A stretch of DNA of 64,000 nucleotides from Chloroflexi bacterium 13_1_40CM_65_17 (GCA_001917815.1 MNES01000084.1:12825-76824), one strand, 5' to 3'; counted from the stretch's first letter, positions 1 to 8,296 are shown. The notes: generated from the sequence alone by a model not told the origin. Numbers and translations are program-made.

Positions 1-92
1 CGACGTCGGCTACCGGGCCCCTCATTGCACTCTTAACATGACAGGCACGGTGGGATCGTGGGGAGGGGGATGCCCGTGGTAACATCCCAAAT

Positions 93-473
93 GTGATCGA
101 ACAAGCTGTCGTCTCACTAACCCCCGACGCTCAGGCACACCTCAAGGAGCTTCTCACCAAGGAGGGAAACCCCCAGCTGGCGCTCCGGATCTTCGTCAGC
201 GGAGGCGGCTGCTCGGGCATGCAGTACGGCATGGCTTTCGACGACATGCGCCGGCCGGAGGACGTCACCATCGACCAGGACGGGGTCCAGATCGTGATCG
301 ACGACTTCAGCGCGCCTTACATCCGCGGCTCGGAGATCGACTACGTGGACAGCCTCATGGGCGCCGGCTTCACGGTGCACAACCCGAACGCGGTTCACTC
401 GTGCTCCTGCGGTCACTCGTTCGACACCGGCGACGATGCAGGCGGAGCCCAAGCCTGCGGCTGCGGGCACTAA
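93..473 (+). CDS. erpA: A-type Fe-S cluster carrier (HesB/IscA/ErpA family)
   Basis: 126-aa ORF with GTG start. Family motifs GGGCSGMQYG and C-terminal CSCGHSF are visible. Extra 16-aa tail ends in CGCGH. Confidence 0.85.
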   Translation: MIEQAVVSLTPDAQAHLKELLTKEGNPQLALRIFVSGGGCSGMQYGMAFDDMRRPEDVTIDQDGVQIVIDDFSAPYIRGSEIDYVDSLMGAGFTVHNPNAVHSCSCGHSFDTGDDAGGAQACGCGH

Positions 474-1002
474 CCAGCGCTCTCGACGCCGGGTTCGTGA
501 ATACGTACTTCTGACGCTGGGCGTGCTCACGCCCATCGGCATTCTGGCGGTCAACGCGTCCGCCTTCGTCATGGTCCACCTCGACGCCTTCCGGCTCATA
601 ATTGCCGGCCTTGCCCTCCTGAGCGGGTTGGTCCTCAACGGCTTGACCGCCTGGTGGCTGCTCCGCCTGGCCAGCCTCCACGCCCCGCCGCTGTTCCGCG
701 AGTACCGGACCTGGGCGATCGGGGCTGCGGTCTTGATCGTCGCGCTGACCGCCGCCGGAGGCGGGTACCTCACCTATCTGGGCATGCGGGACCCGCGCCA
801 TCTGCCAGATTCCCTGTCGGTGGTCGTGGCCGCCTTCATGCTCCTGCTGCCCTTCGCGGTGACCTTCGCCGGCCGGCGCATGGCCGGGCTCGGTGGGATC
901 ATCCCTGTCGACGAACCGACCCCACGGGACAAGCCACACCGGACCTCCCCATCCCGCCGCCCGCTGCGCGGGGGGCCGACTTCCCCGCAAGCGGGGAAGT
1001 AA
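436..1002 (+). CDS. hypothetical membrane protein (about four hydrophobic helices, Pro/Arg-rich tail)
   Basis: 188-aa ORF with G/C-rich third codon positions and four long hydrophobic stretches. Overlaps erpA by 38 nt, so the start is uncertain. The last ~18 codons are the antisense of the repeat copy at 944-999. Confidence 0.5.
   Translation: MQAEPKPAAAGTNQRSRRRVREYVLLTLGVLTPIGILAVNASAFVMVHLDAFRLIIAGLALLSGLVLNGLTAWWLLRLASLHAPPLFREYRTWAIGAAVLIVALTAAGGGYLTYLGMRDPRHLPDSLSVVVAAFMLLLPFAVTFAGRRMAGLGGIIPVDEPTPRDKPHRTSPSRRPLRGGPTSPQAGK
944..999 (-). repeat. composite SD/anti-SD palindromic repeat, copy B (variant arms)
   Basis: Minus-strand reading: CTTCCCCGC-TT-GCGGGGAAG / TCGGCCC / CCCGC-GCA-GCGGG / CGGCGG / GATGGGGAGG. 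Same three-part architecture as the other six copies. Confidence 0.7.
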
Positions 1003-1030
1003 AAAAAGAGCCCCTCGAACCGAGGGGCTC
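1001..1030 (-). terminator. intrinsic terminator downstream of groEL
   Basis: Minus-strand GAGCCCCTCG-GTT-CGAGGGGCTC (10-bp GC-rich stem) followed by TTTTTTT. Confidence 0.85.
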
Positions 1031-1052
1031 TCCACCGCCGAGCCTGAGCGGG

Positions 1053-1096
1053 TCTCCCCACCCGGCCTTCGGCCACCCTCCCCGCGAGCGGGGAGG
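1053..1096 (-). repeat. composite SD/anti-SD palindromic repeat, copy A (groEL 3' UTR)
   Basis: Minus-strand reading: CCTCCCCGC-TC-GCGGGGAGG / GT / GGCC-GAA-GGCC / GG / GTGGGGAGA. Begins 13 nt after the groEL stop. Confidence 0.8.
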
Positions 1097-1108
1097 TGAT
1101 TTGACTCT

Positions 1109-2734
1109 TTACATCATGTCGCCCATGCCGCCGCCACCCGGCATGCCGCCGCCACGCTTCTCCTCGGGTACCTCGGTCACCATCGCCTCGGTGGTCAGCA
1201 CCATCGCGGCGATCGACGCGGCGTTCTGCAGCGCCGAACGAGTGACCTTGGCCGGGTCCACGATGCCGGACTCGAACATGTTCACGAACTTGTCGTTGAG
1301 GGCGTCGTAGCCGAAGCCCGGCTTGGCCTTGCGGACTTCCTCGACGATGACGGAGCCTTCCTTGCCGGCGTTCTGAGCGATCTGCTTCAGAGGCTCCTCG
1401 AGCGCCTTGCGGACGATGTTGACTCCAGTCGCCTGGTCTTCCTTCAGACCAAGCCCGCCGTCGAGCTTCTTCTGCGCGTTGAGCAGCACGGTGCCGCCGC
1501 CCGCGACGATCCCCTCTTCCACCGCGGCCTTGGTCGCGCTCAGCGCGTCCTCGATGCGGTGCTTCTTCTCTTTCTGCTCCACCTCGGTGGCAGCTCCGAC
1601 CTTGATCACGGCGACGCCGCCGGCGAGCTTCGCGAGCCGCTCCTGCAGCTTCTCCTTGTCGAAGTCCGACGTGGTCTCTTCGACCTGCGACTTGATCGAC
1701 TTGATCCGCGCCTGGATGGCCTCCGGCTTGCCGGCGCCTTCCACGATGGTGGTGTCGTCCTTGGTGACGGTCACCCTGCGAGCCTTGCCGAGCTGCTCAA
1801 CCTTGGTCTGGTCGAGCTTGAGGCCGAGGTCCTCGCTGATGACCTGGCCACCAGTCAGGATCGCCATGTCCTCGAGCATCGCCTTGCGGCGGTCACCGAA
1901 GCCGGGCGCCTTGACGGCGACCGCGGTGAACGTGCCGCGGAGCTTGTTGACGATTAGCGTCGCGAGCGCCTCGCCCTCGACGTCCTCGGCCACGATCAGA
2001 AGCGGCTTTCCCTGCTGGACCACGCGCTCCAGCACTGGGAGCAGGTCCTGGATCGCGGAGATCTTGCGGTCGGTGATCAGAATGTACGGATCCTCGAGCA
2101 CCGCCTCCATGCGGTCGGGGTTGGTGACCATGTACGCGGCCACGTAACCGCGGTCGAACTGCATGCCCTCGACCACCTCGAGCTCGGTCGCCATGACCTG
2201 GTTGTCCTCGACCGTGATCACGCCATCCTTGCCCACCTTGTCCATCGCGTCGGCGATGAGGGAGCCGATCTGCTCGTCCTGGCTGGAGATCGCCGCCACG
2301 TGGGCGACGTCCTCGTGGCCCTTGACGGGCACTGAAAGCCTCTTGATCTCCTCGACCACAGCGTCTACGGCCTTCTGGATGCCGATCTTGAGCTGCATCG
2401 GGTTGGCGCCCGCAGTCACGTTGCGGAAGCCTTCGCTGATCATTGTCTGAGCGAGAAGCGTCGCCGTGGTGGTGCCGTCACCGGCCACGTCGTTGGTCTT
2501 CGTCGCCACCTCGCGCAGCAGCTGGGCGCCGGTGTTCTCCATGGGGTCCTTGAGCTCGATCTCGCGCACGATCGTGACGCCGTCGTTGGTCACGGTCGGA
2601 GCGCCGAACTTCTTCTCGAGGACCACGTTGCGGCCCTTGGGCCCGAGCGTGATGCGTACGGACTGGGCCACGGTGTCGATGCCCTTCTTCAGGGCCTGCC
2701 TCGCGTCTACGTCGAATGTGACTGTCTTTGCCAT
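1109..2734 (-). CDS. groEL: chaperonin GroEL (Cpn60)
   Basis: 541-aa [15 protein letters not shown] motif and C-terminal GGM-type tail ([14 protein letters not shown]). Confidence 0.98.
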   Translation of the reverse strand: MAKTVTFDVDARQALKKGIDTVAQSVRITLGPKGRNVVLEKKFGAPTVTNDGVTIVREIELKDPMENTGAQLLREVATKTNDVAGDGTTTATLLAQTMISEGFRNVTAGANPMQLKIGIQKAVDAVVEEIKRLSVPVKGHEDVAHVAAISSQDEQIGSLIADAMDKVGKDGVITVEDNQVMATELEVVEGMQFDRGYVAAYMVTNPDRMEAVLEDPYILITDRKISAIQDLLPVLERVVQQGKPLLIVAEDVEGEALATLIVNKLRGTFTAVAVKAPGFGDRRKAMLEDMAILTGGQVISEDLGLKLDQTKVEQLGKARRVTVTKDDTTIVEGAGKPEAIQARIKSIKSQVEETTSDFDKEKLQERLAKLAGGVAVIKVGAATEVEQKEKKHRIEDALSATKAAVEEGIVAGGGTVLLNAQKKLDGGLGLKEDQATGVNIVRKALEEPLKQIAQNAGKEGSVIVEEVRKAKPGFGYDALNDKFVNMFESGIVDPAKVTRSALQNAASIAAMVLTTEAMVTEVPEEKRGGGMPGGGGMGDMM

Positions 2735-2756
2735 ATACCTTTCCCTCTTGCCTTAA

Positions 2757-3065
2757 TTACTTCTTGGCTTTGCCGTTGGATGCGACGATGGCGAGCACGT
2801 CCTTCTCGGAGACGATCAGATACTCGATGTCGTCGATCTTGAATTCGTTGCCGGCGTACTTGGCGTAAAGCACCTTGTCGCCGACCTTGAGCTCCATCGG
2901 CACCTTGGTGCCGTTGTCCAGGATCCTTCCGGTCCCCACGGCCTCGACGGTTCCCTCCTGGGGCTTTTCCTTGGCGGTGTCCGGGAGGACGATCCCGCTC
3001 TTGGTCTTCTCTTCCTTGTCCGACGGTTTGACCACTACACGATCGCCTAGCGGCTTCAGATTCAT
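2757..3065 (-). CDS. groES: co-chaperonin GroES (Cpn10)
   Basis: [14 protein letters not shown]... The ATG at 3065 lies 7 nt after GAGGAGG, so the TTG at 3071 in the track is too close to the SD. Confidence 0.95.
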   Translation of the reverse strand: MNLKPLGDRVVVKPSDKEEKTKSGIVLPDTAKEKPQEGTVEAVGTGRILDNGTKVPMELKVGDKVLYAKYAGNEFKIDDIEYLIVSEKDVLAIVASNGKAKK

Positions 3066-3120
3066 GTGCAACCCTCCTCAGCTGAAATTGATGTCTTTGG
3101 CACTCCCCTGGCCCGAGCGC

Positions 3121-3147
3121 TTAGCACTCAGGGGGGTCGAGTGCTAA
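3121..3147 (-). promoter_or_regulatory. CIRCE operator (HrcA binding site)
   Basis: Perfect consensus TTAGCACTC-N9-GAGTGCTAA, 56 nt upstream of the groES start. Confidence 0.9.
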
Positions 3148-3176
3148 TAGTACTACCGCCGGGCCGGCGGGGTTAA
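3147..3176 (-). promoter_or_regulatory. putative groESL promoter
   Basis: Minus strand TTAACC-N18-TACTAT immediately upstream of CIRCE. Motif match only. Confidence 0.35.
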
Positions 3177-3400
3177 ACCTGGCTCGACTCGGCGGCCTGG
3201 ATGAGCTGTCGGGCCTGGTCCGCCTCGGCGTCGGGGACCATGATCCTGGCCTCGGTGAAGTTCATCGCCGCGGAGTAGGCGGTGTCGCCGAACACCTCGG
3301 TGGTGATTCCATTCGCTTCCAGGACAGCCGCGATGAGGTCGGCCTTGAGCCGCTCGCCCCGGAAGACCACCTCCCAGCCCGTGACTCCCATCAATCCCAT
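3173..3400 (-). CDS. small DUF2007-like protein (putative signal-transducing protein fold)
   Basis: 75-aa ORF. Pattern W.VVFRG...A.LIAAVLEANGI...V resembles DUF2007. An alternative ATG at 3391 overlaps the tsaD stop (TGATG). Confidence 0.55.
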   Translation of the reverse strand: MGLMGVTGWEVVFRGERLKADLIAAVLEANGITTEVFGDTAYSAAMNFTEARIMVPDAEADQARQLIQAAESSQV

Positions 3401-4419
3401 CCTAGAGAGGGATCCACCTGCGTTGAGGAGTGCGACTCCCCACCCGCGCTTCGCGCGGCCTCCACGCGACGTGGGGAGGCGAAATAGCCGGCGGCGGCGA
3501 TCATGGCCGCGTTGTCGGTGCAGAGCTCGAGCGGCGGTATCGTTAGCCGCGCCCGGCCCGCCACCACCTCGGCCGCGCGCCTGCGAAGGAGAGAGTTGGC
3601 GGCAACCCCACCCGCGACGACAACATCGGACACCGGTGATCTGGATAGAGCCACATCCAGCTTCTCGAGCAGCGACTCCACCACCGACTGCTCGAAGGCG
3701 GCAGCCAGATCCGCCTTTTCCTGCGGGCCGGCAGAGTCGCCGAGATCCCTAAGCCGATAGAGCAGCGCGGTCTTCAGCCCGCTGAAGCTGTACTCGAGCC
3801 CCGGCAGATGTGGCCTCGGCAGAAGCTGGCGGCGCGGGTCGCCCGTCCTTGCCAGACCGTCGAGCGCCGGACCGCCGGGGTAGCCCAGGCCCAGCATGCG
3901 GGCGGCCTTGTCGAAGGCCTCGCCGGCCGCGTCGTCGCGGGTTCGGCCGATGACCTCGAACCGGCCGTGCTCCGGCATACGGACCAGGTCGGAATGGGCG
4001 CCGCTCACCACGAGTCCCAACAAGGGCGGCTCGAGCTCAGGGCGAGTCAGAATCGCGGCATAGATGTGTCCCCACAGGTGGTTGACCCCGGTGACCGGCC
4101 TCGACCATGACGCGCCAAGACCCTCCGCGACGCCGACCCCGACCAGGAGGCAGCCCGCGAGGCCAGGGCCGCGCGTGACGGCGATCAGGTCCACGTCATC
4201 CGGGCCAAGGCCTGAGCCCTCGAACGCGAGGTCGAGCAGATGTGGCAGGCGTTCGAGGTGGTCGCGAGCCGCGAGCTCGGGAACGACTCCGCCGAAGTCC
4301 TTGTGCAGCTCGATCTGCGAGTGGATGACGTTGGCCAGAACCCTCCGGCCGCCCTCTACCAGGGCGACCGACGTCTCGTCGCAGCTGGTTTCGATTCCGA
4401 GGACGAGGGCCGCTTTTAC
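3391..4419 (-). CDS. tsaD: tRNA N6-adenosine threonylcarbamoyltransferase TsaD
   Basis: Conserved N-terminus ALVLGIETSCDETSVALVE lies upstream of the track start (4194). The frame is open to 4491 but contains no ATG, GTG or TTG. The 5' end is placed at the GTA codon overlapping the rimI stop. Confidence 0.85.
   Translation of the reverse strand, partial: VKAALVLGIETSCDETSVALVEGGRRVLANVIHSQIELHKDFGGVVPELAARDHLERLPHLLDLAFEGSGLGPDDVDLIAVTRGPGLAGCLLVGVGVAEGLGASWSRPVTGVNHLWGHIYAAILTRPELEPPLLGLVVSGAHSDLVRMPEHGRFEVIGRTRDDAAGEAFDKAARMLGLGYPGGPALDGLARTGDPRRQLLPRPHLPGLEYSFSGLKTALLYRLRDLGDSAGPQEKADLAAAFEQSVVESLLEKLDVALSRSPVSDVVVAGGVAANSLLRRRAAEVVAGRARLTIPPLELCTDNAAMIAAAGYFASPRRVEAARSAGGESHSSTQVDPSLGWD
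3436..3479 (-). repeat. composite SD/anti-SD repeat, degenerate copy C inside the tsaD 3' end
   Basis: Minus-strand reading: CCTCCCCAC-GTCGC-GTGGAGG / CC / GCGC-GAA-GCGC / GG / GTGGGGAG. Read in frame as ASPRRVEAARSAGGE. Confidence 0.5.
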
Positions 4420-5027
4420 TGCGGCTCGCCCTTGGTGATCAGCTCGCGCCGCAGGCCGCGGACTTCCGCTTCGATCCGCTCCAGGCTGGCTTCATACGCG
4501 CGCCGAAACCGCGGCGAGTGGATGGAGTCCGACCACATCACGATTGCGTCCTCGCCGTTGTCGGTGTAGTAGCCCTTGCGTCGGCCGATCACCTTGAAGC
4601 TGAAGGCCTCGTACAAGTGCATCGCGTTCTCGTTTGACGTGCGCACCTCGAGGGTCACCCATTTGGCGCCCATGTCGTAGGCCGCTTGGATGAGACCAGC
4701 GAAGACAATGCGCCCGTGGCCGCGGTGTTGAAGGTCGCGGCGGACCCCGATCGTCGTCACGTGGGCCTCGTCGTACATGCGCCACATACCGCCGTAACCG
4801 ACGATGGTCGGGTCGAAATCCGACGAGACCTGTGCCGGCGGTCGTTCGACGATGCCCTCCTGGCGCAGCACGACGTAATGCGCACTGGAGCGCGAGGCGA
4901 GCTCGCGATAGTAGGCGTTGCGGGGCCATGGGGTGACGAAGATCTCGCGCTCGATCTCCTGCACGGTCGCGATGTCCGCCTCGCGCATCAGCTCGAGCGC
5001 CAGTTGCTGGCGTAGCTGAACCATCAC
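4416..5027 (-). CDS. rimI: ribosomal-protein-alanine N-acetyltransferase (GNAT)
   Basis: 203-aa ORF with GNAT motif VRRDLQHRGHGRIV. Sits in the tsaE-tsaB-rimI-tsaD context. Its start overlaps the tsaB stop (GTGATG). Confidence 0.85.
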   Translation of the reverse strand: MMVQLRQQLALELMREADIATVQEIEREIFVTPWPRNAYYRELASRSSAHYVVLRQEGIVERPPAQVSSDFDPTIVGYGGMWRMYDEAHVTTIGVRRDLQHRGHGRIVFAGLIQAAYDMGAKWVTLEVRTSNENAMHLYEAFSFKVIGRRKGYYTDNGEDAIVMWSDSIHSPRFRRAYEASLERIEAEVRGLRRELITKGEPQ

Positions 5028-5608
5028 AAAGTGCGAGCGGAAAAGGACTGCATGTACTCGAGCCTGAGACTACCATAGGCCACTTCTCGGGCCGATTCCA
5101 GCAATCTCGCGGCCGCGGACCCGAAGGATCGCAGCTCCTCTTCGCTTTTGAAACGCAGGCCGGCAGCCTCCAGTGCGGCCTCGGTCTTTGGCCGCAGCCA
5201 GCCGGCAACAGGCCAACTGCGAGGGAGCTCGCCCGCCTCGGCGAGGCCCGGATCCGCTCCTGGCGCGAGGAAGTAAACGCGGCCGCGGCCGGCTTCGGCG
5301 ACCGCGAGGACCGGTCCGTCGCTGCGGGCCGCCTGGATGCCGAGCGTCGGCAGGGGAATGATTGGAATCTTCAGGCCCATCGCCAGGCCGAGGCCAAACG
5401 AAACGCCGACGCGGAGCCCAGTGAACGAACCTGGCCCTGTCGCCACCGCAACCCGGGTCAGCCTTTGTCCATTCCCGATCGTCCTGTAGCGAGCCGGCAG
5501 GTCAAATCCTGGCCCAGAGCTTTCGCTGAGCTCGCGTACCACCCGTCCGTCGCCGTCGATCAACGCCACCGCCGATCGCGCTGAGGAGGTGTCGATGGCC
5601 AGAATCAC
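5024..5608 (-). CDS. tsaB: tRNA threonylcarbamoyladenosine biosynthesis protein TsaB
   Basis: N-terminus (V)ILAIDTSS. The GTG at 5608 overlaps the tsaE stop (GTGA). The track's longer N-terminus is rejected. Confidence 0.85.
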   Translation of the reverse strand: MILAIDTSSARSAVALIDGDGRVVRELSESSGPGFDLPARYRTIGNGQRLTRVAVATGPGSFTGLRVGVSFGLGLAMGLKIPIIPLPTLGIQAARSDGPVLAVAEAGRGRVYFLAPGADPGLAEAGELPRSWPVAGWLRPKTEAALEAAGLRFKSEEELRSFGSAAARLLESAREVAYGSLRLEYMQSFSARTL

Positions 5609-6060
5609 GAACGCTCCACACGCAGGAGTCGCCGGTCGCCCCCCAGATGCTCGATAGAAATCAACGTGGCGCTCGGGCTGTCCAGCCGCTCTCCCCACTC
5701 CACGACGACCGCGCCCGCGTCGAGCAACTCCTCGAGTCCGAGGTCTCGCAGCTCGGCGCCGCTTTCAACGCGATACAGATCGACATGCGCGACCTGGACA
5801 CGGCCCGGATACACGCGGACCAGTTGGAAGGTGGGGCTCGCCACCGGCGCGGTGGAACCGACGCCTCTCGCGATCCCACGCACGAAAGTCGTCTTGCCCG
5901 CCCCGAGCTCGCCCTTCAGAAGCACCAGGTCGCCTGGACGCAGGCGCCGGCCGAGGTCTTCGCCGGCTGACTCGGTCTCCTCCGGCGACGAGGTCTCACG
6001 CGAAGTGGTCGTAGCCACGGACCTCGAGCTGAAAGTCACGACCATCGGGGCCGATGACAT
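5605..6060 (-). CDS. tsaE: tRNA threonylcarbamoyladenosine biosynthesis ATPase TsaE
   Basis: P-loop [17 protein letters not shown]. Start uncertain: candidates are ATG 6060 or 6045, or GTG 6039 or 6018. Confidence 0.8.
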   Translation of the reverse strand: MSSAPMVVTFSSRSVATTTSRETSSPEETESAGEDLGRRLRPGDLVLLKGELGAGKTTFVRGIARGVGSTAPVASPTFQLVRVYPGRVQVAHVDLYRVESGAELRDLGLEELLDAGAVVVEWGERLDSPSATLISIEHLGGDRRLLRVERS

Positions 6061-6895
6061 GAACGGCTGGATCGGCAGTCATTACGCCGATGGGTCGCAC
6101 ACCAGCGTGCACAAGTTTGTCTTCGGGCCCCACACACACCAGCTCAGACTCCTCCCCACTCGCCAGCGCATCCTGTACGGTCGCGCCCGCGGCCACCGGC
6201 ACTTCAGCGACACGAATGACGCATCCCACCCCCGACACCGCGGCATATTTCTCCATCTCGCGAACCAGCCCGTCCGAGATGTCGCCACAGCTCAGCTCAG
6301 CCTGGTTCAGACGGCTCCCTTCCTCGAACTTGGGATCGGGAAGGAAGACGCGCCGCTCACGCAACGCAAGCGCCGCGGCGCCGAGCGGGCCCGTAACCCC
6401 TAAGACCCATCCCGGCTGCACGCGAGCACGGGCTAAAGGCACCAGCGGTGTGGTGCCAAGGACGGTCAGGGTCAGCACTCCGGGTCCATCGATCGCGGTC
6501 GTATCGCCGCCGGCGATTGCCATGTCAGCACGATCCGCAAGCCTGCGGATTCCTTCATAGAGCCCAGTCACGGTTTCCACAGACCAGGATTTGGGAGCAG
6601 CGAGGGCGACCAGGGCGTACTTGGGGGTGGCGCCTTTGGCGGCAAGGTCGCCGAGGGCCAGGGCGAGGGCTCGATGGCCTGCGTCGGCCGGAGTCATCCA
6701 CGAGAGGTCGAAATGGACACCCTCGACCGATGTGTCGCAGCTTGCCACGACGTAGTCCTCTGGGTAGTCCGGGTCGAGGCTCGGCCAGACAGCTGCGTCG
6801 TCCTCACCCGCAACGACTTCATATCCAGTTGTCGTCAGGTAGGGCAGGATCCTGCGCAGTAACTCTCCCTCGCCTATCCCGTCGAGTGTGGTCAC
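5996..6895 (-). CDS. thiL: thiamine-monophosphate kinase
   Basis: 299-aa ORF with AIR-synthase-like fold motifs ([18 protein letters not shown]). Confidence 0.85.
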   Translation of the reverse strand: MTTLDGIGEGELLRRILPYLTTTGYEVVAGEDDAAVWPSLDPDYPEDYVVASCDTSVEGVHFDLSWMTPADAGHRALALALGDLAAKGATPKYALVALAAPKSWSVETVTGLYEGIRRLADRADMAIAGGDTTAIDGPGVLTLTVLGTTPLVPLARARVQPGWVLGVTGPLGAAALALRERRVFLPDPKFEEGSRLNQAELSCGDISDGLVREMEKYAAVSGVGCVIRVAEVPVAAGATVQDALASGEESELVCVGPEDKLVHAGVRPIGVMTADPAVHVIGPDGRDFQLEVRGYDHFA

Positions 6896-7506
6896 GCGGT
6901 CAGCATGGCACGCAGGCGGCGGGCAGCCGACTCGGCGTCCTTCGAGTCGGCAATCGCGCGGATGACGCAGACACGATGCACGCCGATCGAAGTCAGCTGC
7001 GAGATGTTCGACTCATCGATCCCGCCGATGGCGAACACCGGAACTCGGACCGCTGCCGAAACAGCCGCGACGCCCGCCGGCCCGATCACATCCTTGTTGG
7101 GCTTCAGCGGAGTCGAGAACGTCGCTCCACAGCCGATGTAGCCGGCGCCCGCGTCCACCGCGGCCCTGGCAGCCTCCGGTTTCGACGCCGAGGCGCCGAT
7201 CAAGAAGCCTGGCGGGGCGATCTTGCGGGCTGACTCGATGCGCAGGTCGTCCGGCCCCAGATGGACCCCGTCGGCGCCCGCGATGAGCGCGACGTCGACG
7301 TAGTCGTTGACTATGAAAAGCGCACCGGCCTCGACCGTCATGTCACGAAGACGGCGTGCCACATCCAGCAGCTGCCCGCGCGGCAACTTCTTGTGGCGCA
7401 GCTGAAGGACGTCTGCGCCTCCCCGCAGCACCGCCTGCGCGAGAGCTATGACCTGTTCCGGATCACGATCGGGGGTGATGGCGTAGAGGCGGGCGGCTTC
7501 GATCAG
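6892..7506 (-). CDS. thiE: thiamine-phosphate synthase
   Basis: GADGVHLGPDDL...GADYIGCG-type motifs. The conserved N-terminus LIEAARLYAITPD lies upstream of the track start. The only plausible start is the CTG overlapping the anti-sigma stop (CTGA). Confidence 0.8.
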   Translation of the reverse strand: MIEAARLYAITPDRDPEQVIALAQAVLRGGADVLQLRHKKLPRGQLLDVARRLRDMTVEAGALFIVNDYVDVALIAGADGVHLGPDDLRIESARKIAPPGFLIGASASKPEAARAAVDAGAGYIGCGATFSTPLKPNKDVIGPAGVAAVSAAVRVPVFAIGGIDESNISQLTSIGVHRVCVIRAIADSKDAESAARRLRAMLTA

Positions 7507-7721
7507 GTGAGGATCTGGCGGAGCTTTTCTCGCAGGGCGTCGGGGGCCTTGTCCTGCTCGCAGCAGACCTTGACCAGTCGCTTCAGTGAGGCCTGGAACT
7601 CGTAGTTATCCGTGCATGGAGGGCATCCCTCGAGATGCAGCTGCAACTCGAGCATCTCGGTGTTGCTCAGCTCTCGATCCAGGTAGCGGTCGAGCTTTTC
7701 CTTACAGTCGCTGCAGTTCAT
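7503..7721 (-). CDS. rsrA: zinc-binding anti-sigma factor, RsrA-like (ZAS family)
   Basis: 72 aa with an N-terminal Cys, an HLEGCPPC (HxxxCxxC) motif and KRLVKVCC, as in RsrA. ATGA overlap with the sigma gene. Confidence 0.8.
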   Translation of the reverse strand: MNCSDCKEKLDRYLDRELSNTEMLELQLHLEGCPPCTDNYEFQASLKRLVKVCCEQDKAPDALREKLRQILT

Positions 7722-8296
7722 TCGTTTGGCACCTCCTTGGTGCCGTTGGCGCGCACGATACCGGATTCCAACGCGTAGTCATAGAGGGATTTCTGGAGCT
7801 GCTGGCGGGCACGGTGCAGCCGGGACATGGCGGTGCGGATGGGCACCCCCAGGGTCTGCGCGGCATCCCTGTAGGAGAAGCCTTCCACGTCGCCCAGGAG
7901 CACCACCTCTCGGTGCAGGGGAGGTAGCTTCTCGACAGCAGCCACGACCTCCGACGCCGCCAGCTTGTCCAGCACATCGGCTTCAGGTTTGGCGCCTTCG
8001 TCGCGCAGCTTGTCGTAGAGGACGAATTCGCCGACGTCGTCGAGGCTGACATCCTCCTTCCGGGAACCCTTGAACCGATCCCAGAAGAGATTGCGCATGA
8101 TCGCGAACAGCCAGGCCTTCATGTTCGTGCCCGGCTGGTAGCTGTGCTGGTAGCGAAGCGCGCGGAGGTAAGCCTCCTGGACCAGGTCCTGGGCCGAATC
8201 GGGGTCGCGAGTAAGCCGGAGCGCGCCCCGGTAGAGCGTGTCGAGATGTGTCAATGCCTCTTCCGCGAAGGCAGTTTGGGGTGGACTTTCCGCCAT
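7718..8296 (-). CDS. ECF-type RNA polymerase sigma factor (SigR/SigH-like)
   Basis: Region 2 (DLVQEAYLRALR) and region 4 (FSYRDAAQTLGVPIRTAMSRLHRAR). The ATG at 8296 is preferred because the 12 codons upstream are A/T-ending and atypical. Confidence 0.85.
   Translation of the reverse strand: MAESPPQTAFAEEALTHLDTLYRGALRLTRDPDSAQDLVQEAYLRALRYQHSYQPGTNMKAWLFAIMRNLFWDRFKGSRKEDVSLDDVGEFVLYDKLRDEGAKPEADVLDKLAASEVVAAVEKLPPLHREVVLLGDVEGFSYRDAAQTLGVPIRTAMSRLHRARQQLQKSLYDYALESGIVRANGTKEVPNE

Noticed and set aside
774-1076. 100-aa minus-strand ORF downstream of groEL
   Set aside because: It runs through two palindromic repeat copies and the groEL terminator, and it is antisense to a better-supported membrane-protein ORF. 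It is most likely an artefact of the repeats.
4416-4440. Programmed -1 frameshift fusing RimI to TsaD
   Set aside because: The frames differ by -1, but there is no X XXY YYZ slippery heptamer or obvious downstream stimulator at the junction. It is kept only as an alternative within the start-codon finding.
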